DNA of 64,000 bases, taken from assembly GCA_048882485.1 (NCBI GenBank), contig JBHLRP010000005.1, forward strand, positions 44,936 to 108,935, given 5' to 3'. A model generated the notes under the pieces. It saw only the letters and a program-made list of their open reading frames with translations. It was not told the DNA's origin and did not search any database. This DNA comes from Candidatus Thorarchaeota archaeon. GTDB taxonomy: Archaea; Asgardarchaeota; Thorarchaeia; Thorarchaeales; Thorarchaeaceae. The position numbers were made by a program, and so were the translations under genes. Below, one piece after another: positions 10,194 through 20,023 of this stretch; the first letter of the stretch is position 1; each line of letters begins with the position of its first letter.

Positions 10194-10277
10194 GTGTGGA
10201 ACGCAGACGCGCACACTCAGCTGCGAGCTCAAGGGTGCATGTGCATCTGTGCCCCACACTTTCTTTTCTTTCGTTTG
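10194..10277 (+). terminator. Long imperfect hairpin followed by a U-rich tract
   Basis: GTGTGG..CGCAGA.GCGCA pairs with TGTGC.TCTGTG..CCACAC, followed by TTTCTTTTCTTTCGTTT. Confidence 0.5.
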
Positions 10278-10344
10278 CGCTATTTTGTGTTTCCATAGCG
10301 AAATCAGTAACGCTCATAGGTCAGGATTACGCACACAGCCCATC

Positions 10345-11151
10345 ATGACTGAAGTAGAGAAAATCTTTGAGATAATAAACAATAGACGGTCAATGCGCTG
10401 GTTTCTCGACAAGCCGGTGACGGATGAGGTTCTTCTCAAAATGCTGGAAGCTGGAATGAGAGCTCCATTTGCATCCCAGCTGTGTTCTGTCGTCTACACT
10501 CGGGACAAGGATAAGATGAAGAAGTTGAAAATGGGGTCATATCCTACAGCTCCGTTGCTCTTAGTCTTCTTGATTGATGTAAGGCGCCTCGAGAAGATAA
10601 TGGTCAAACGCAGTCACAACTATGAATACGATGACCTGATGACACTATGGCTTGGTATCCAGGATGTCACCTTGGCAGTAGAGAACCTCACACTTGCGGC
10701 TGAAGCATTAGGACTTGGATCTGTTCTCCTTGGGAACGCCCCTCTCCGTGCAGATATCATATCCGAGACTTTCAATATCCCGAACCGTGTGTTTCCTGTT
10801 GTGGGCATGAACTTGGGATATCCGGACCCTGCAGAAAAGACAGAGATTCGTCCTCGATTCCCGATTCAGTATAGCGCATTTGAGGACTCATATTTGGATC
10901 ACTCTGAAAGTGACATTGACGAGTGCATGAAAGTGATGGATGAAGGGATGTTGGCCCAGGGGTACTATGTCAAAGAAAGAACGAAGGTCAAACTAAAGGA
11001 AGGGAAGGATGACATAGGCTTTGATCAGTATTCCTGGTGTGAACACATTTCAAGAAAGATGTGCCAAGGCAGATGGTCCGTTGATGATCTCTTTACAATT
11101 CTCCAACACCACGGCTTCAATCCAACTGATGAGAGAGATCCACAGATTTGA
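10345..11151 (+). CDS. Nitroreductase family protein
   Basis: INNRRSMRWF, AGMRAP, LAAEALGLGSV, LGYP, RPR motifs. Confidence 0.9.
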   Translation: MTEVEKIFEIINNRRSMRWFLDKPVTDEVLLKMLEAGMRAPFASQLCSVVYTRDKDKMKKLKMGSYPTAPLLLVFLIDVRRLEKIMVKRSHNYEYDDLMTLWLGIQDVTLAVENLTLAAEALGLGSVLLGNAPLRADIISETFNIPNRVFPVVGMNLGYPDPAEKTEIRPRFPIQYSAFEDSYLDHSESDIDECMKVMDEGMLAQGYYVKERTKVKLKEGKDDIGFDQYSWCEHISRKMCQGRWSVDDLFTILQHHGFNPTDERDPQI

Positions 11152-11167
11152 AGGGATGTAGCGCAAT

Positions 11168-12145
11168 TTGTCAGAGAATCGTTTGCTCTATCTTTCGCAA
11201 GCCGATGTAATCGCCACCGGGCTTACTATGAGTGAAATCGTGGACGCGTTGGAAGTTGCATTTCGAGAGAAGGGGAAAGGGCTCGTTGAAATGCCGCCAA
11301 AGCCTGGGATACATCCCGGAGACGGAAACAATTTCATCCACGCAATGCCTGCATACATCCCATCCCTAAAATCTGCAGGAGTAAAGTGGGTGAGCGGCTT
11401 CCCTGAGAACGAGAAGAGAGGGCTTCCATACATCTCGGGACTATTGATTCTCAATGATTCAGAAACTGGCCTGCCAATATCTGTTATGGACTGCATTTGG
11501 ATAACAGCAATGAGAACAGGAGCTGCTACTGCAGTCTCCGCAAAATATCTTGCTAGAAATGACTCTTCATCAGTTGGAGTATTGGGATGTGGTGTCCAAG
11601 GACGAAGCAATATCGAGGCCTTGGCGGTGGGATTTCCCCTGGAGAAGGTGATAGCCTACGACATAAACACGAACTCAGCTAGACTCTATGCAAAGGAGAT
11701 AAGCGATAGGTTTGGCCTTGAAGTTGAAGTGGTCAATAATCCCAAGCAGGCTGTGACAGGATGCGACATAATTGTAACAGCTGGACCAATTCTGAAAAAG
11801 CCTCATGCGACTATCAAAGCAGGCTGGATGGACGAGGGTGCATTCGCCTCGCTTGTGGACTTTGATTCCTATTGGCATCCAGATGCGCTTCGCGAGAGTA
11901 GTAAATTCTGCACCGATGACACTGCCCAGCTTAGACACTACCAGGAGATTGGCTACTTCCAGAACATCCCGCCAGTCCATGCAGATCTTGGTGAGCTCGT
12001 TGCAGGGGTAAAATCAGGACGGCAAACCCGGAAAGAGAAGAACATGACTGCGAATCTCGGGCTAGCATTGGATGACATGGCTGTGGCACCGCTGATATAC
12101 CATCGGGCAATAGAACAGGGCATAGGGACATGGCTGACCCTATAG
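11168..12145 (+). CDS. Ornithine cyclodeaminase / mu-crystallin / archaeal alanine dehydrogenase family
   Basis: MPPK, HAMPAY, GVKWVS, ITAMRTGA, GCGVQG, GLALDD. Confidence 0.9.
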   Translation: MSENRLLYLSQADVIATGLTMSEIVDALEVAFREKGKGLVEMPPKPGIHPGDGNNFIHAMPAYIPSLKSAGVKWVSGFPENEKRGLPYISGLLILNDSETGLPISVMDCIWITAMRTGAATAVSAKYLARNDSSSVGVLGCGVQGRSNIEALAVGFPLEKVIAYDINTNSARLYAKEISDRFGLEVEVVNNPKQAVTGCDIIVTAGPILKKPHATIKAGWMDEGAFASLVDFDSYWHPDALRESSKFCTDDTAQLRHYQEIGYFQNIPPVHADLGELVAGVKSGRQTRKEKNMTANLGLALDDMAVAPLIYHRAIEQGIGTWLTL

Positions 12146-12292
12146 CAGGTCTTGGTTGATTCATAGAAGCAGTGTAAAGGGGCAATGAGCCCCTGCCAGA
12201 GCCCATTGCCACCAGGTCCCTTGCAAATCCAACCATTTGTTTGCTTTTGAGGAGGTAAGGAAAGGTTGCATTTCAAAGTTCGTTCATGTTTG

Positions 12293-12322
12293 TGTCCCAA
12301 TTTGGGACATCCCAATCTGGGA
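12293..12322. promoter_or_regulatory. Tandem palindromes TGTCCCAA-T-TTGGGACA and TCCCAATCTGGGA
   Basis: Seen directly; a third copy CCCAATTTGGG lies at 12960-12970. Confidence 0.55.
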
Positions 12323-12362
12323 AGCACCTTCTATTTAAAACTTTGGGTGAGCATTTGAGCTG

Positions 12363-12950
12363 TCAAAGATAGAAGTCGACTTTCGTAACGCCCTTCATCT
12401 TGAGGATTCGCTTCTTCAATGCCTCGGGATCATCAGGAATGGGGGTGAGTATTCTCCACTCTACAGCATCTTTTTTTATGATGCGTACAATCAGTGCTTC
12501 ACTGGCATCTAGGAGGGGGATAATTCGAAGCTCCTTCACACCATCTTGTCTACCAAAAGGAATAGCAATCAAATAGGAATCACGGGTGATCTCTAACATG
12601 TTGCGGATTATTCTGCTGGTATGTATTCTGCCTGCTTTGTTCACTTCCAGTGGAACTACATCATCGCCATCTCTCAAAGCTCCTTCTACTATAGGCGTAG
12701 TTGAGTGATCCTCACTGAATACAGATGTCAGTCTAAGTGCCCGATCTGTTGGAGTGATGACCGCAATTATTGTTATCGAATCGGTGCTCTTCTCAAGTTG
12801 TTCAATATGATTCTCAATACCAAGATACTCTCGGGCAGATTTAGGAATGACAAGTCTGCCTCGGTCATCAATCCTCAGTATCTCGCGCATCTTCAATTTC
12901 CTTCGCCTCAAAGCGTCTATAACGAGTGTAAATCGTTGATTCGTTAGCAA
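12363..12950 (-). CDS. Tandem AbrB/MazE/SpoVT-domain (MraZ-like) DNA-binding protein
   Basis: Two looped-hinge motifs, IDDRGRLVIPKSAREYLGI and VNKAGRIHTSRIIRNMLEI; true start may be the ATG at 12890. Confidence 0.7.
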   Translation of the reverse strand: MLTNQRFTLVIDALRRRKLKMREILRIDDRGRLVIPKSAREYLGIENHIEQLEKSTDSITIIAVITPTDRALRLTSVFSEDHSTTPIVEGALRDGDDVVPLEVNKAGRIHTSRIIRNMLEITRDSYLIAIPFGRQDGVKELRIIPLLDASEALIVRIIKKDAVEWRILTPIPDDPEALKKRILKMKGVTKVDFYL

Positions 12951-13135
12951 TGTCTATTGCCCAATTTGGGAGGAGATAAGCTATCGAATCATTTGGTTTG
13001 GGCTTTCTCTTAAGTTTATCGAGGAGATGCATAGAATCCCGCTAACTTCATTTTCCTTCTAGAACGATATAAGATGCCGGCAGACTTGCAGACTAGCAAG
13101 AAAGAAATGTGACCGTTTGACTCTCAAAATCTGCT

Positions 13136-13882
13136 ATGGTGGAGCTAGTCTTTGGAGATCCCAATGCACTTGACATTATAATGGCCGTATCGACTGGTAT
13201 CTTGGGAGGCATCGTCTTGGCTGTTGCATACAAGTGGGCAGCGCAGGGAGTAGCCAAATGGAAGCCCCGCAAGATTGTGCACATAAGTATGGGAACTATC
13301 ATCGCACTGACTGTAATGCATTACACCAATCTCAGTGGGCCATCATTGGCGGCGGGAATATTCCTGACTATACTTCTCTACGCATGGGCTCACAAGAGCA
13401 CGCTAATAGAGGAACTTCTACTAGCTGGCAGCAGACAGAGTGATCAAAGAATGGCTACATTTGCGGCTGGCTTTATGGGGATGATAGCATTTGGATCGGT
13501 ATTCCTCTTCTTCTTTCAACAACCAGAAATAATCGTTGCATCGATTCTTGCGGTTTCATGGGGTGATGCAGCCGGTGAGGTAATTGGAAGACCCTATGGC
13601 TGCCGATTCATCAAGAAACGAATTAAAGGCAAATCGTTTGAGGGTTTTCTTGGTGTATTTGCATTTTCCCTCCTTTCTGTTGTTACTGCAATGTTGATTT
13701 TCCCATCAGGAATATCACCGTTGTTAGTCCTACCACAAATAGCAGCAGTAGCATTGGTAATAGCGGTTATTGAGCTGCTGAGTATTGCCTGGACAGACAA
13801 CTTCTTGATTCCAATTCTAACTGCAATTTTGATTTGGCAAGTCCTCTTTCCTACCACTGCGTTTTGGTTCTTGATGGTCTAG
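13136..13882 (+). CDS. Dolichol/phytol kinase-like CTP-dependent isoprenoid kinase (SEC59/DGK1/VTE5 family)
   Basis: RKIVHISMG, SWGDAAGEVIG, GKSFEG, DNFLIP; multi-TM. Confidence 0.8.
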   Translation: MVELVFGDPNALDIIMAVSTGILGGIVLAVAYKWAAQGVAKWKPRKIVHISMGTIIALTVMHYTNLSGPSLAAGIFLTILLYAWAHKSTLIEELLLAGSRQSDQRMATFAAGFMGMIAFGSVFLFFFQQPEIIVASILAVSWGDAAGEVIGRPYGCRFIKKRIKGKSFEGFLGVFAFSLLSVVTAMLIFPSGISPLLVLPQIAAVALVIAVIELLSIAWTDNFLIPILTAILIWQVLFPTTAFWFLMV

Positions 13883-13893
13883 TATCTAATGTA

Positions 13894-14808
13894 CTAGATG
13901 GACTCTTCCCATCGACTCAGCCGTTCAATTCCGGAGTCGCCAAGCTCACAGAACAGTTTGAGCTCACAGAGAATGCTGTTCCAGCCGATATCATACCCCA
14001 CAACTGATTCCGGCTGTTGGAACCCGTGATGATGAAGTGTAACAAGTGTGTCACCATTGATTTCCTCGAAACGGATGTTTACCTTCGTTTCTGGCTCATT
14101 CCCATAAACCCAGGAGAATTCAATCTCTTCATCCTGGTACATTTTCGTAAAGACCACTGGACCCATGCCCTCTGCCCACCAGGTATATAGTCCGGCATAT
14201 TGGGGGTCTATTTTAGGGTCATCTGCCCGAATGAATCGTTTCAGCTTTTCTAGATTGGTGAACACATCAAATGGAAGTGACGGGGGTGCTTTGACGTGAA
14301 CGCCTATTCGAACCTCTTTGGGATCATAGCGTGTAATCCTAAGGGGTCGATAGTCCGAGTAGTCGAAACGCAGTGCTGGGCTCCCCAATTCCAATACAGC
14401 TTTGAAATTGCCTAATAGGATGTTCCAGTGTTCTGGAAGATGGAAATCCAATGCAGAGTCTGGAATCGCACCATGTTTTAGCTCAAGATAGGTGCGGCGA
14501 GGACTTTCTCGAAATCTCAGGACGAAGAGCGTCTTCGTGCCCATGATATCCCAGCTAAGGAGAATTCCCTTCTTCTCAGTAATCTCTTCAATGTCCCATT
14601 TGTTCCCAAGCTCAGATGTCGTTGGCGCATTATTGCCTAAAAACGTGATTGAACCACCAGCCCGAATGTCGGCAGATATCTCGTTACCAAGCCATTGAAG
14701 CATAATGACCGGATCAATGAACTTCTCCCAAACCTCATCCAGCCGCTTATTCAAGTTAATTCGCATTCTGATGACAGGAGCCACCTCTTCCCTCGGAGAC
14801 ATTGCCAC
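13894..14808 (-). CDS. Tandem SRPBCC/AHSA1-domain protein
   Basis: Two repeats (VWEKFIDP...LELKH...HWNILL and FDVFTN...VTLHH...GWNSIL). Confidence 0.8.
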   Translation of the reverse strand: MAMSPREEVAPVIRMRINLNKRLDEVWEKFIDPVIMLQWLGNEISADIRAGGSITFLGNNAPTTSELGNKWDIEEITEKKGILLSWDIMGTKTLFVLRFRESPRRTYLELKHGAIPDSALDFHLPEHWNILLGNFKAVLELGSPALRFDYSDYRPLRITRYDPKEVRIGVHVKAPPSLPFDVFTNLEKLKRFIRADDPKIDPQYAGLYTWWAEGMGPVVFTKMYQDEEIEFSWVYGNEPETKVNIRFEEINGDTLVTLHHHGFQQPESVVGYDIGWNSILCELKLFCELGDSGIERLSRWEESI

Positions 14809-14963
14809 AGTTCCTCAACCTCGCAGTCTGGCCTAATGCATTCTGCCCTTATTTGCCTGACGCTGATGTATTGCCATATTATAAAGCCAGAAATCATGAG
14901 CCGCTACAAAGGTTAATGTGCACTTATTTTTCTTTTCAATCACTCACACTTGAGGGATTTGTA

Positions 14964-17231
14964 ATGCGCCGTGCATCACTTCTAACTTGTCTTCTTATGG
15001 TTCTGATATCTTTGGGTTCTTTCAGTCCAATGCGGAGTATTGCTAGCAAGCCAACTGATGTTCATACTGTTGCTGATACAGATCTCAATCGAGTAGAATG
15101 GAAAACGAACCATTTTCCGAATCCGGGATTTGAGATGTGGCAGAACCCGTATTCTCCTGATCGTATCTCCAACTGGAGGACAACTGAACGATTTACGTGG
15201 TATGCATCAGCACCTTGGCCTGTAAACGAGAGTGCGCGTTCAATTGGGCTACAATCTCGTGCGGAAGATATCTTCCATCCCGGCGATGCAATACTCACTA
15301 GGTCTAGTTGGCTCTACTGGGACAATCCTTCGAATTGTACCCTGAAATTTGACTGGTATCTTGACGAGATGGCAGTGCCAACTAACCAGGACTCTTTCAG
15401 AATTAGGGTGCAGCTCGGCGCTCCGGGCACAAGATATCTCTACTACTATCTTGGGTCTCAAGACAACAATGTGGTGAATGGTTCTCAATCGGGATATTTC
15501 GCACTTCAAGGATCCATGGATACATGGAATGTCTTTCACCGAAATCTGACTCAGGACTTCTATGAAGTGTTTGCGATTTATCCAACGCAATTTCAGCAAT
15601 TCAGATTTCAATTATTGACAGAGTCAAGCTCCTATTCACGCGCGTTCATCGACGACATATGGCTTACGAATACAACCACTGTGATAGGTGGAAGTATAGG
15701 AAATGGAAACCTCGAAACCAACGCTGACTGGTATTACTACACGCCCTATGAAGCCGCGATAATATCACAGAGTTCAACCAGAGTAGAAGGTGACTGGAGC
15801 CTGAACATGACTGGTATGTCGAACGGAAATGAGAGTCGTGCAGAAGCAACTTACTATCCCGATATCAGAACCTCCAGCCTTAACAAAGACAGACTTCGTT
15901 TCCAATGGATGATCGATGATTTCGAGCATGCATCAGACGATACCTATGCATATCTATTCGTTCAAGCTGAGAATAGTTCTCAAGAGTCATTCTATATTTA
16001 CTATGTCCTCTGCCGGGGAGCTGGCCCATTGTCGTTTGGATTCTCGGGAGCTAACATTGTTGACGCAACAGGATTCAACACAACAGGGCAATGGAATCTG
16101 TTTGATAGGAGCATCTGGGACGATGTCAATGCGTTCAATCAGACGGAGGATCTCGCCATTAGGGAAATTGAGCTTAGAATCTATCTTAGAGAAGCAGGTG
16201 CTCGTTTGAGCGTCCTATTTGATGATATTGCGCTAGTTTCCTCAGCATTGAATGGCATGAGCTACGAGGACCAAGGTGATATCGGGGACCGGATTTGGTC
16301 ATGGAATATTGACTCAGTTCCTGACCCTAAACTCACAGTGACAAGCGACGCTCATACTGGTTCCAAGGCAGCAAACTTGACAATTACCAACGGCGATACT
16401 TATGATGGGCAGCAATCCTTCGACTATCGACCTATTAACAACGAAACCGACACATGGCTCGACTTGTATTGGCGACTAGACACCTTTACTGACATAGGAG
16501 ATGATCTCCTTCTCCTTGAGGTATACTTTGATTCCGGTGTGGGATTCGCATATTTACTTGCGAATGCATCGAACGTTCCCACTGGAAATGGGTTTGATAA
16601 GCTCTTCATTGTGCCAGAGGTGAACACTGTCGGAGTGTGGCATAATCTGCAGAGGAATCTCTTCGATGATTATAAGGCAGCCGTTGGAACTGAGCCTAGT
16701 ACAGGAATTAGCGAGGTCTATCTATATGCTGAGTGCGACAATGCAGGGGGGCATGTCGAGGTAATCTTTGATGATGTATATCTCTACAATGATCCTGCGC
16801 CAGACATCCTTGAAATATATCAAATTCCGGTATCAGTAGATGCAACTGATGATGTTATGGTCGTCGCCGAAGTGATTGACCCAAGTCTAGATGCAGTCAC
16901 TCTGTATTATCGTGTAGACAGCGGCACCTGGATGGAACTTGAGATGATCTATGTATCAGGCCTCGGACATAGGGCAATCATTCCAGCCCAGACTGAGGGA
17001 TCTGAAGTAGAGTACTATGTCAATGCCGCTGATGCGTTTGGACAAAGTACTGAGTCATCCACAGCTTCATATGATGTATTGACGATTCCCACCACGTCTT
17101 CGACAACAACGCCGGAGCCCGAGCCCCCTGACATGACGGTTCTATTTGTGGCTGCAGTTGGTGGAGCGATAATTATAGGAATCCTCTTGGCCTATTTCCT
17201 CGTTGCCAAGCCAAAACAACAAGTCGAGTAG
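14964..17231 (+). CDS. Large secreted, C-terminally anchored surface protein with three CBM-like repeats
   Basis: Signal peptide MRRASLL...; three repeats each with W..(F/L).R...D and closing (I/F)DD; Thr/Pro linker, TM and basic tail. Confidence 0.75.
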   Translation: MRRASLLTCLLMVLISLGSFSPMRSIASKPTDVHTVADTDLNRVEWKTNHFPNPGFEMWQNPYSPDRISNWRTTERFTWYASAPWPVNESARSIGLQSRAEDIFHPGDAILTRSSWLYWDNPSNCTLKFDWYLDEMAVPTNQDSFRIRVQLGAPGTRYLYYYLGSQDNNVVNGSQSGYFALQGSMDTWNVFHRNLTQDFYEVFAIYPTQFQQFRFQLLTESSSYSRAFIDDIWLTNTTTVIGGSIGNGNLETNADWYYYTPYEAAIISQSSTRVEGDWSLNMTGMSNGNESRAEATYYPDIRTSSLNKDRLRFQWMIDDFEHASDDTYAYLFVQAENSSQESFYIYYVLCRGAGPLSFGFSGANIVDATGFNTTGQWNLFDRSIWDDVNAFNQTEDLAIREIELRIYLREAGARLSVLFDDIALVSSALNGMSYEDQGDIGDRIWSWNIDSVPDPKLTVTSDAHTGSKAANLTITNGDTYDGQQSFDYRPINNETDTWLDLYWRLDTFTDIGDDLLLLEVYFDSGVGFAYLLANASNVPTGNGFDKLFIVPEVNTVGVWHNLQRNLFDDYKAAVGTEPSTGISEVYLYAECDNAGGHVEVIFDDVYLYNDPAPDILEIYQIPVSVDATDDVMVVAEVIDPSLDAVTLYYRVDSGTWMELEMIYVSGLGHRAIIPAQTEGSEVEYYVNAADAFGQSTESSTASYDVLTIPTTSSTTTPEPEPPDMTVLFVAAVGGAIIIGILLAYFLVAKPKQQVE

Positions 17232-17379
17232 AAGATAGCCTAGTCTATCATGTCTGGGCTTCTACTACCTCCACCTAACTATTTTATTGTCTAGGTGCAT
17301 GCATGTACTAGGACTCTGAGCCGGATTAGGGCGACCGCTGCAATTCTCCTTGTGGAAATCAAGGCTCTGCGTGATTCCC

Positions 17380-19248
17380 ATGAAGTGGATGAACATGGAA
17401 CCAGGAAAAGACAACACTACCCCGATGCCTGATTTCGAGATATATCGAGTCATCTTTGGCAAATTGCCTCAGGGTGTGGTCGTTGTCAAGAATGACAAGG
17501 TTAAGTATGCTAACTTGGCTCTATCAGATATTTCGGGTGTTCCTCTTGATGAGATTTACTCATGGGGCATGGATGACATCCTTGGTGTCTTGGCAGGTGA
17601 AGATCCTGAAGCTGTCAAGAAACTCTACCAAGATACAGCCAAGGGAAATACTACTGAAGGATTGCTTCATCTAAGCTTCGTACACCCGAATGGAGAAACG
17701 CGGCATATAGAGGTCATACCCACGATAGTTTCGATTGGAAGGGAGAATATCTACCAAGCCATCATCACTGATGTGACAGCAAGAGTCCGGGCTGAAACGG
17801 CGCTTAGAGAGAATGAAGAACGCTTCAGACAGACCTTTGATGCAATTCCAGATCCCGCCTATGTATGGGAGAGAAATAAGGATGGCACAATTGCATTACA
17901 GATGGTCAATCAAGCTATGATGCAATTCTCAAATGGCCTAGCAGAGGAATATCTTGGACGGCCACCTGAAGATCTCTTTCCTGACAACTCCGAGATGTCA
18001 TCAATGATCAGGACAACAATGAATGAAGGAGGAAAATCACGCGCTGAAATCGTCTTCAAGATTTCCTCAATTCCTGCTCATGCAGAGGCGCGACGCTTGA
18101 TTGTTGATTACACAAGACCGGCTGACAATCTTGTAGTTATGATAACCACAGATGTGACAGATATCCTCAAGGCGCAGGATGCGATTCGAGAAAGCGAGGA
18201 ACGATTCCGAAGTATGGCCGAAACCATTCAGGATGGAGTCACAATAATGGAGGGTGGTCCAGTTGCATATGTCAATGATAGAGCCTGTGAGATATTTGGA
18301 TACCCTTGTGATGAGTTCATGAAGTTGACCACACTTGATTTAGCCGCACCTGAAGAACGAGAGAGAGTAGGTGCGATTGTGGCAGAATCTATGACGACAG
18401 GTGAGTATCCAGATCAGCTCGACTTCTGGACTGCAAGAAAGGATGGCACTCGACGCTATGTTAGCAATCGGTTTGCTTCAACTACAAGAGATGATGGAAC
18501 CCATATTCAGTTTGTTATAACCACTGATATCACTGAACGAATGGAAGCGTACGATGCAGCGATGGAGTCAAGTGCACGTGCAGAGCTATTCAACGACCTT
18601 ATGGCACACGATCTAAACAACATCCACCAAGGGATCATGTCTAGTCTTGAGCTACTCATGATGAGTGGCAATCTTTCACAGAAATCGTTGGATCAGGTAG
18701 AGGTTGCATTGGAGCAAGTTAAACGTGGCAGTGAGATTATTGCCAGCGTCAGGAAATATTCGAGAGTTGTTGAGGCACCCCTAAAATTGTCAGAGTTCGA
18801 CATTAGTCCCCTACTCCTAACAGCTGAGGTTATGGTGAGCAGCGCATTCCCCGAGAAGAACATCAACGTGACCTCGAACTTCAGGAAAGGTGAATTCAAG
18901 GTATTTGCAGATGATTTCCTGGTTGATGCATTCTTCAATTTGCTTCACAATGCAGCAAAGCACGACCCTAGAAATGAAGTAAATGTAGACGTGAAAGCCA
19001 GCATCAATGAAGACTCAAATTCCATCGAAATAATGTTTGAAGACTTTGGGCCAGGTATTAAGGACAGCAAGAAGGCTACCCTATTCTCAAGGCTAACTGA
19101 GGAAGGCGAGGTGGCAGCTGGAATCGGTCTGACATTGGTCCAAAGGATTGTAAAGCGATATGGGGGAGAAATTGGTGTTGAGGACCGCGTGAAAGGTGAC
19201 TTCTCTAGAGGTGCATGCTTCATCATTAGACTTCCATTAGCTTCTTAG
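17380..19248 (+). CDS. Cytoplasmic multi-PAS sensor histidine kinase (start uncertain)
   Basis: Three PAS/PAC units (EERFR linkers), H-box MAHDLNN, N-box NLLHNAAK, DFGPGI, GIGL. Confidence 0.9.
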   Translation: MKWMNMEPGKDNTTPMPDFEIYRVIFGKLPQGVVVVKNDKVKYANLALSDISGVPLDEIYSWGMDDILGVLAGEDPEAVKKLYQDTAKGNTTEGLLHLSFVHPNGETRHIEVIPTIVSIGRENIYQAIITDVTARVRAETALRENEERFRQTFDAIPDPAYVWERNKDGTIALQMVNQAMMQFSNGLAEEYLGRPPEDLFPDNSEMSSMIRTTMNEGGKSRAEIVFKISSIPAHAEARRLIVDYTRPADNLVVMITTDVTDILKAQDAIRESEERFRSMAETIQDGVTIMEGGPVAYVNDRACEIFGYPCDEFMKLTTLDLAAPEERERVGAIVAESMTTGEYPDQLDFWTARKDGTRRYVSNRFASTTRDDGTHIQFVITTDITERMEAYDAAMESSARAELFNDLMAHDLNNIHQGIMSSLELLMMSGNLSQKSLDQVEVALEQVKRGSEIIASVRKYSRVVEAPLKLSEFDISPLLLTAEVMVSSAFPEKNINVTSNFRKGEFKVFADDFLVDAFFNLLHNAAKHDPRNEVNVDVKASINEDSNSIEIMFEDFGPGIKDSKKATLFSRLTEEGEVAAGIGLTLVQRIVKRYGGEIGVEDRVKGDFSRGACFIIRLPLAS

Positions 19249-19315
19249 CTTACAAAAGGAAAAAGAGGTAATCCTTTAAAGTGACTCAGCCCTGAGATAG
19301 GTTACACAAAGGAGG

Positions 19316-20023
19316 TTGGTTCCTATTCCTTCAAATAATTCTGCAATAGCCAAGGCAAAGCAGGATTTCGATAGAATCAAGCAACTACAGAAGATCATTG
19401 AAAAAGAGTCTTGCCTACTCATCTATTCATATCTGATGTTGTTCGGTCGAACAACGCCAGCGAAGCTCCGAGAAGTCACTGGATTAAGCAAAGCAACCAT
19501 GTTTAGGAATTTAGCCTTGCTCCATGATGCTGGGATATTAGCAAAAGAAGAAGTGGCAGTTTCTGATAGACGATACGGTCTTCACTACTATATTGCGAAG
19601 AATCTCCTAGATGTAGCTAGACAGCTTTATACGAAGAGGGTTGGGGAATATGGAGCAAAACGAGACGGTCAAAAAGTTCTCAGACGGTGGGTCGTGGCCT
19701 TGGAAACGTTGCCCCTCACACTCAATCGTTTCACAACAGAATTAATGCTGAAAATGGCACAGTCTCCATCCGAAGCAGACTCAGATGAGTGCGTTGTCAT
19801 CACTAAGATGATCGCATTTCGAGTGGGGGATATTAGAGATGCACCAAAGATTTTCGACAGGATCAGAGAACTTGTTAGTGCATTTGAAGAACAAGGGACC
19901 AAACGTCGTAACTGGAAGAAGCCTCTTAGTCAGCCTGCAACCATGATAGTGAATCTGGTGGCAATGGGTGGAGAGATTCCAGCGAACTCGTGTGCGATTG
20001 TGTCAGATAGAATTGAGTGCTAG
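19316..20023 (+). CDS. Winged-helix transcription regulator
   Basis: TPAKLREVTGLSKATMFRNLALL HTH; GGAGG upstream. Confidence 0.75.
   Translation: MVPIPSNNSAIAKAKQDFDRIKQLQKIIEKESCLLIYSYLMLFGRTTPAKLREVTGLSKATMFRNLALLHDAGILAKEEVAVSDRRYGLHYYIAKNLLDVARQLYTKRVGEYGAKRDGQKVLRRWVVALETLPLTLNRFTTELMLKMAQSPSEADSDECVVITKMIAFRVGDIRDAPKIFDRIRELVSAFEEQGTKRRNWKKPLSQPATMIVNLVAMGGEIPANSCAIVSDRIEC

Noticed and set aside
10194-10259. SECIS element or tRNA
   Set aside because: No SECIS core motif, no adjacent in-frame TGA gene and no cloverleaf
12293-12322. Mini-CRISPR or IS terminal repeats around the AbrB gene
   Set aside because: Motifs are only 11-17 bp, with no spacers, cas genes, transposase or target-site duplication
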